From positions 7,725 to 71,724 of the forward strand of contig JAYZEP010000001.1 in the NCBI GenBank assembly GCA_036337225.1: a DNA stretch of 64,000 bases. Direction: 5' to 3'. Positions 59,021-64,000 of the stretch are shown one piece after another. Origin of the DNA: Thermodesulfobacteriota bacterium (GTDB lineage: Bacteria > Desulfobacterota_D > UBA1144). The stretch's first letter is position 1. Every line of letters starts with the position of its first letter. The position numbers and the translations under genes are program-made. The notes beneath the pieces are model-generated. The model worked only from the letters and a program-made list of their open reading frames with translations. It ran no database searches and had not been told where the DNA came from.

Positions 59021-60405
59021 TAATTAATATTTTTAATTAATTTGTCCAAATTTGCACTTTTTACCGAGATTCCAATTGAGTTCTCTTGGTATCTTTTTAA
59101 TCTGAGTGGAGAATTAACATTAATTCCGTGTATATGGAAAATGGTTCCTTCGGATTGGAATATGGGCAGCCTTGCTCTAATAAACCTGGGAATTTTATTG
59201 TCGATAAAGATATCTTGTAATTTTTTCGAAGACTTCATTCCTTTCAGTTTCATTCTATCTCCATCCTGAAAGTTTCTAACATTAATGGGAAATTTCATTT
59301 TTGATAGATCAAAAAAGATATATTCATTCCCCCTTTCAAAATTGTTCTTTTGAATTTTAATTTCCAAGTCTTCATTTGCCCATTTCCCTTCAGAGGGAAT
59401 GTTTAGATTAAAGTTAGTGTTAGTAGAAATTTTGGTTTTTATAAAAAGAAAATTATAGCCTTTCTCCACTTTTATATTGCCGGCTAAAAACAATTCTCCC
59501 GAGGCGCTAGGAGAGTTAATCAATTTAACTATGTCTTTTATATTCTTGTAGCCAATAAAGTCTCTTGACCCCAACTTCTTCGAAAGAAATCTGAATAGAA
59601 CTTCTTCCGCTTCAAATTCACTTAAGGCCAACAAGCTATCAATCAAAATAACAAATTCATGTTCCGAGACTTCTTTAACTAGAGAGGATCCAATTGCTTT
59701 TATATGAGATTCCAGATAGCTGTTTTGCTTTCCAATAAGCTCAATAGTGTTAGAGATAGTGGAATTCAAATTTGGATTAAATTTTTCTAGAATTGGTATC
59801 AGATTTCTTCTGATATTGTTTCTTGTGTACTTATCCCAAGTGTTCGTCTCATCTTCTACCCATTGAATGCCTTCTGACACTAAAAACTCAATTATCTCGC
59901 TTTTGCTAACGTGCAGAAAAGGCCTGAGGTACAACCCTTCATCGACCTTCATACTTTGAAGTCCTTTCAATGAGGATCCTCGTAGGAGGCGCATAAAAAA
60001 AGTTTCAACCTGATCGTTCGAATGGTGGGCAAGTAAAATCTTCTTTGATTTTGTTTCCTCTTGTATTTTTTTAAGAAATTTTCTACGGAACAGTCGAGAA
60101 GTCTCTTCGACCCCTTTTTTTAAATATACAGATGCTCGCGAAATATCAAATTTTTTTACATAGAATGGGATTTTCTTTTTATTACATAAATCTTCTACAA
60201 ATTTTTCATCTTTATCCGACTCTGTGCCCCTTAAACAGTGATTAAAGTGGCAGACTGAGATAGACAAATTAAGAGGTGAGCGAATAAGTAAATGTAGTAG
60301 TGCCGTAGAGTCTCCCCCGCCTGAAACACCCACTACAATCTTGTCCTTTTTTTTTAAATATTTCTCCAGTTCAGAATTTAAACTGGTCAATAGATTCCGC
60401 CTCAT
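59017..60405 (-). CDS. tilS: tRNA(Ile)-lysidine synthase
   Basis: PP-loop VGVSGGGDS. 462 aa with a C-terminal TilS substrate-binding region. Confidence 0.9.
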   Translation of the reverse strand: MRRNLLTSLNSELEKYLKKKDKIVVGVSGGGDSTALLHLLIRSPLNLSISVCHFNHCLRGTESDKDEKFVEDLCNKKKIPFYVKKFDISRASVYLKKGVEETSRLFRRKFLKKIQEETKSKKILLAHHSNDQVETFFMRLLRGSSLKGLQSMKVDEGLYLRPFLHVSKSEIIEFLVSEGIQWVEDETNTWDKYTRNNIRRNLIPILEKFNPNLNSTISNTIELIGKQNSYLESHIKAIGSSLVKEVSEHEFVILIDSLLALSEFEAEEVLFRFLSKKLGSRDFIGYKNIKDIVKLINSPSASGELFLAGNIKVEKGYNFLFIKTKISTNTNFNLNIPSEGKWANEDLEIKIQKNNFERGNEYIFFDLSKMKFPINVRNFQDGDRMKLKGMKSSKKLQDIFIDNKIPRFIRARLPIFQSEGTIFHIHGINVNSPLRLKRYQENSIGISVKSANLDKLIKNINY

Positions 60406-61006
60406 TGAGAGAAAGTCCTCCTGAAACTATCAGCTTAAAAGCATCGTCTGCAGATATATCTAACTGCTTAATCTCGTTTTTTTCAAAAAACACAAGAAAA
60501 CCCGATGTAGGATTAGGTGAGGTTGGAACAAAAACAGGAATCTTGTCTAGCTCCTTTGAATCGACAGGTTGAGTAGCAAATCCCAAACAATACGATCCTT
60601 TCCTGGGATATTCAACTAGTACGACTTGTTGATGTTGTCCCCCTTCGGCAAAAACTATTTTGGAAATCTGTTTAGTTGTAGAAAAAATTGAGTTTGCTAG
60701 TGGGATTTTTGATATAGTTTTTTCGCCAATTTTTAATAAAAATTTCCCCAGTAAATTCTTTGTTGCTAAGCCCAATAAGGTAATAAAAATAATAAAACAA
60801 CAAAGGGCAACTAGAAACAGTATGGTTTCAGCAAGAACTGGAGAGATGTATATTGGTAATTTTACAAATCTTGCAGGAGTAAGATCGACAAATGAGTTTA
60901 ACCAGGTTCCAATTTCCATCACCAGGTAAATTGTGATAATAAATGGTATAAGAATCGCTAAGCCTGAAAGAAAATTCGATTTAATAAAATTTATCAATAT
61001 TCTCAT
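60371..61006 (-). CDS. DUF502 family membrane protein
   Basis: Two N-terminal TM helices (GLAILIPFIITIYLV...) followed by a soluble domain with VPTSPNPTSGF, typical of DUF502. Confidence 0.72.
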   Translation of the reverse strand: MRILINFIKSNFLSGLAILIPFIITIYLVMEIGTWLNSFVDLTPARFVKLPIYISPVLAETILFLVALCCFIIFITLLGLATKNLLGKFLLKIGEKTISKIPLANSIFSTTKQISKIVFAEGGQHQQVVLVEYPRKGSYCLGFATQPVDSKELDKIPVFVPTSPNPTSGFLVFFEKNEIKQLDISADDAFKLIVSGGLSLNEAESIDQFKF

Positions 61007-61011
61007 AGTAT

Positions 61012-61296
61012 TTATTCGGACGATTCGTTAATTTTTTTCCTAAGTGCTTTGCTAGGACGAAAAACGATAGCCTTCCTTGGTGAAATTTGAATTCGTTCAC
61101 CTGTAGTCGGGTTCCTCCCTGGTCTAGACTCTCTATTTTGTATTTTTAACGAGCCAAACTTCGGAAGCTTGACATCCTTACCAGCAGCTAGATTTTCAAT
61201 GATAATATCAAAAAATTTATCAACTATCCTTCCGGACTCTTTAAAATTAAGACCAAGTGTTTTATGTAAGATGGTTGTCAAGTCTTTTCTTGTCAT
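61012..61296 (-). CDS. ihfA: integration host factor alpha subunit (HU/IHF family)
   Basis: 94 aa. The GRNPTTGERIQISPRKAIVFRPSKAL arm motif, and the position directly after pheT. Confidence 0.82.
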   Translation of the reverse strand: MTRKDLTTILHKTLGLNFKESGRIVDKFFDIIIENLAAGKDVKLPKFGSLKIQNRESRPGRNPTTGERIQISPRKAIVFRPSKALRKKINESSE

Positions 61297-61298
61297 TT

Positions 61299-63719
61299 TT
61301 ACTCCCTAATTTCCGCTGCAACCTCTTTTTTTAGATTAACTATAACCTTATCAAGTATAGACGAGACCTCGCCGTCCTGCAGTGTTCTATCGTTTGCACC
61401 AAAAACTACAGATAAGGATAGGCTTTTCTTGCTATCCCCCAGTTTTGGATCATGAAACAAATCAAACACAAAAGTGTCTTTAATGATTGGCGAAGTGAGG
61501 GAAGTTATTACCTCAATCACTTGCTGAGACTGCACATTCTTATCGATAATTATCGACAGGTCTCTTTGAATAAAGGGGAAGGTTCCAAATGGATGCATTG
61601 TTGTTACACTTTTCTCTAATTTGGCAATTTGGTCAACAAAAATGCTGGCTAAAACTAGCCCCTTCTCAATTCCATATTGCCCCGAAACTTCTGGGTGCAA
61701 ATCTCCTATGTATCCAACTAGAGAATCTTGAAAATAAATCATGGAAGATTTACCAGGGTGGAGAATATTGCTGTAATCGGCAGACAAATGCGGATCGAAG
61801 GTAATTTTTCGAATATCTAATCTTAGTCCGGCAAATAGTTTTAGCAATGAGTTTTTTAAATCAAAAAAATCCTCTTTTGATTTTTTCCAAAGAGGGTTTG
61901 AAGATTCGTGAGAAGAAACTACACCAATTTCCATTTGCTGTCTGTGGCTTGAGCCATCTTTAATAAAAACATTTCCTATCTCAAAAAATTTAAATATTTC
62001 GGAATTACGATTAAGATTATATACCGCGCTTTTTAATAGAGACGGAATCAGGCTGGTCCTCAAAAACTTGGCATCTTGCGAGTGTGGATTCATAATTGCG
62101 AGTTTGTTTAGACCCGGGAAAGCAATTTCATCATCCGTAAAACTGTAGTTTATTGCTTCAGAAAAACCCTCGAGCGAAAAGACCTCTCTCGCCTTGGATG
62201 AGATGTCCCTTAGATCTGGAGACGGATTCAATATTTTTTCTCTTAAAGGGATTTTTGGAAATGTCGCAGGTATCGAATCTAGTCCAACAATTCTTGCAAC
62301 TTCTTCAATAAGATCGTAGTCGTTAACTAAGTCAAATCTGTAACTAGGAGGTCTAAATCTGGCGACATTCTTATCAGGAAGTCGTTCGATAGATAAGGAA
62401 GCTAGAATGGGTGCAACTTCTTCGTCATGTAGCTGCAGACCTAGTGTTTGAGAGACTTTATTTAAATCCAGCTCTATAACTCGGCTATCTTCTAGTGTGG
62501 GGTTAGTGTCTATATATTCTTTAATTATTTTTCCTCCACAAATTGATACTACCAACTCGGCAGCAAAAATTAGTGCATTTCTTACCAAGTATTCCGATAC
62601 TCTTCTTTCAAATCTATAAGACGATTCGGTAGATATATTAAGAGACTTAGAGCTTGAACGGACGGTGGATGGATTAAAAGAAGCACATTCCAATAAAACA
62701 TTCTTTGTCTTATTGGCAACGCTAGCTCTCTCGCCACCAATAATACCTGCCAACGCTATGGGCCCTTTGGCATCTGCAATTGTTAAATGCCCCTTGGGGT
62801 CGCGAACATTGCCATCCAAAGTTTTAAAAGCAGTATCAACATCGTTAGAAATTCGAATAACATTTCCATCAATTTCATCAAAATCAAAAATATGTATAGG
62901 GTGCCCGGTTAGAAACATAAACAAATTACTTAAATCAACAACATTGTTTATAGAGTTGGTGTTCAATTTAGACAAAAGATCTTTTATCCAAAAAGGGGAT
63001 TCGCCAATTGCGATGTTCTCTATCTTAATTAAAGAATAGCGGATGGCATCCTCAGAGCCGATATCAACCGACAGCTCACTAATCTTCTCTGCCAATTTAT
63101 ATTGTTTGTCATCTACATTTAATAGCTTGTCAGAAAAAGGTAACTTCAAAATAGCTGAAAGTTCTCTAGCTATTCCATAGAAGCTTAAGCAATCCCCCCT
63201 ATTGGGAGTTATTGATACGTCCATTACATAGTCTTCCAGTTCACTATTGTCACAAAGCTTTGAACCAATTTTTAATTCAGAAGGCAGTATAAAGATTCCG
63301 TCACTCAAAGAATTATTCACACCCAGCTCACCTAGTGAGCACAGCATTCCAAAAGACTGGGCGCCGCGTATTTTAGCCTCTTTTATTTTTAAGCCTTCAG
63401 GGTGATTATCCGATTTGTTAAGCTTGGTACCGATCATTGCCAGTGGTACCATATCGTCTACATTGAGATTATCAGCGCCACAAACTATTTGAAGGGATTC
63501 TTTGCCATTATCAACCTTGCACACCGTTAATTTGTCAGCATCAGGATGTCTATCAATTGATATTATTTTGGCAACCACAATTTTTTCATCTATATTCTTA
63601 AAATCGTAGTGAACAATATCCTCAACTTCGAGTCCAGCCATTGTAAGGGCTTTGCTTGTCTTCTCAATATCAAGCTTAGTTGATAAAATTTTTCCTAGTT
63701 TGTTTAACGAAATAAACAT
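61299..63719 (-). CDS. pheT: phenylalanine--tRNA ligase beta subunit
   Basis: 806 aa. N-terminal tRNA-binding OB domain (RHPDADKLTVCKVDNG), B3/4 and B5 domains, and a C-terminal FDX-ACB domain. Confidence 0.93.
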   Translation of the reverse strand: MFISLNKLGKILSTKLDIEKTSKALTMAGLEVEDIVHYDFKNIDEKIVVAKIISIDRHPDADKLTVCKVDNGKESLQIVCGADNLNVDDMVPLAMIGTKLNKSDNHPEGLKIKEAKIRGAQSFGMLCSLGELGVNNSLSDGIFILPSELKIGSKLCDNSELEDYVMDVSITPNRGDCLSFYGIARELSAILKLPFSDKLLNVDDKQYKLAEKISELSVDIGSEDAIRYSLIKIENIAIGESPFWIKDLLSKLNTNSINNVVDLSNLFMFLTGHPIHIFDFDEIDGNVIRISNDVDTAFKTLDGNVRDPKGHLTIADAKGPIALAGIIGGERASVANKTKNVLLECASFNPSTVRSSSKSLNISTESSYRFERRVSEYLVRNALIFAAELVVSICGGKIIKEYIDTNPTLEDSRVIELDLNKVSQTLGLQLHDEEVAPILASLSIERLPDKNVARFRPPSYRFDLVNDYDLIEEVARIVGLDSIPATFPKIPLREKILNPSPDLRDISSKAREVFSLEGFSEAINYSFTDDEIAFPGLNKLAIMNPHSQDAKFLRTSLIPSLLKSAVYNLNRNSEIFKFFEIGNVFIKDGSSHRQQMEIGVVSSHESSNPLWKKSKEDFFDLKNSLLKLFAGLRLDIRKITFDPHLSADYSNILHPGKSSMIYFQDSLVGYIGDLHPEVSGQYGIEKGLVLASIFVDQIAKLEKSVTTMHPFGTFPFIQRDLSIIIDKNVQSQQVIEVITSLTSPIIKDTFVFDLFHDPKLGDSKKSLSLSVVFGANDRTLQDGEVSSILDKVIVNLKKEVAAEIRE

Positions 63720-63881
63720 CGTGTGCCTAACTCTCCCATTATACTACATTTTTTTTTCGGCTTTCTCATCTTTTTGATCTTAGTTGTCAATAAAGATATT
63801 AACATACTGTGGAAAATTGTTGATAACCGGGTGTTGGCGTCCTCTAAGTACCTGAGATTATTGAAGAATTTACTGCATACC

Positions 63882-64000
63882 TTATTTGCCAATACAAAAT
63901 TTTGAAAATAAGGCATCGTAAATATCCTCATTTGATATTTCACCCGTTATTTTTCCAACATTATTCAAGAAGTCTCGAATTTCAATGGATACGATCTCCA
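63882..64000 (-). CDS. mnmE: tRNA modification GTPase MnmE, C-terminal fragment (5' part outside window)
   Basis: Hand translation gives [38 protein letters not shown], then TAA at 63884-63882. The terminal ITGE...FS.FCIGK is the MnmE C-terminal signature. Confidence 0.85.
   Translation of the reverse strand, partial: EIVSIEIRDFLNNVGKITGEISNEDIYDALFSKFCIGK

Noticed and set aside
63704-63943. 79-aa minus-strand ORF bridging mnmE, the spacer and the pheT start
   Set aside because: It overlaps the mnmE C-terminal coding frame (FCIGK signature) and the pheT start, and it is Lys/Phe-rich AT-driven sequence. The plus-strand 60-aa ORF here is equally unsupported.

Overview
This is an AT-rich, very tightly packed bacterial chromosome segment. 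It reads cleanly with the standard genetic code and is almost entirely core housekeeping.

- **Left arm (minus strand, 168-11277):** thiE, thrC, aroE, ribF, trkH, trkA, a small beta-barrel outer-membrane protein, recJ, aroQ and murJ, forming one abutting or overlapping array.
- **Centre (plus strand, 12523-29101):** a complete dcw division and cell-wall cluster, mraZ-rsmH-ftsL-ftsI-murE-murF-mraY-murD-ftsW-murG-murC-murB-ftsQ-ftsA-ftsZ. It has a good sigma70-type promoter and 10-bp-phased TGG repeats in the leader.
- **Right half, 29103-43139:** rsfS-nadD-ribD-ftsY, dnaE, uvrD plus two small coupled genes, groES-groEL, and a phosphohexomutase plus a BtrH_N/DUF4872-like gene.
- **Right half, 43190-51303:** trpE-trpG-tadA, then the rpmH-rnpA-yidD-yidC-jag cluster. 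rpmH is absent from the ORF track and I translated it by hand. Next comes an acetolactate synthase large subunit followed by an unassignable 263-aa protein.
- **Right half, 51388-64000:** leuA, metG, holB, tmk, a pseudouridine synthase, a tandem AhpD/CMD protein, an AmgK-like kinase, tilS, DUF502, ihfA, pheT and the 3' end of mnmE.

I saw no rRNA, tRNA, CRISPR array, transposase or integrase, and no defence-type genes. The intergenic gaps are too short to hide large RNAs. Local gene orders (tmk-holB, pheT-ihfA, presence of yidD) look proteobacteria-like. That is inference only, and I cannot assign the lineage.

I do not find a convincing multi-gene novel system here. The items worth a second look are single-gene or signal-level oddities:
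1. The acetolactate synthase has degenerate N-terminal signature motifs while the rest of the protein is canonical. An unknown 263-aa gene sits where the small regulatory subunit normally is.
2. A BtrH_N/DUF4872-like putative Cys-His enzyme is coupled to a phosphohexomutase.
3. murJ and uvrD have conserved N-termini that lie upstream of any ATG/GTG/TTG codon. For murJ, a strong Shine-Dalgarno sequence precedes an ATA/ATC codon.
4. trpE and rpmH have promoter-like hexamers so close to the ATG that their mRNAs would be leaderless or nearly so.
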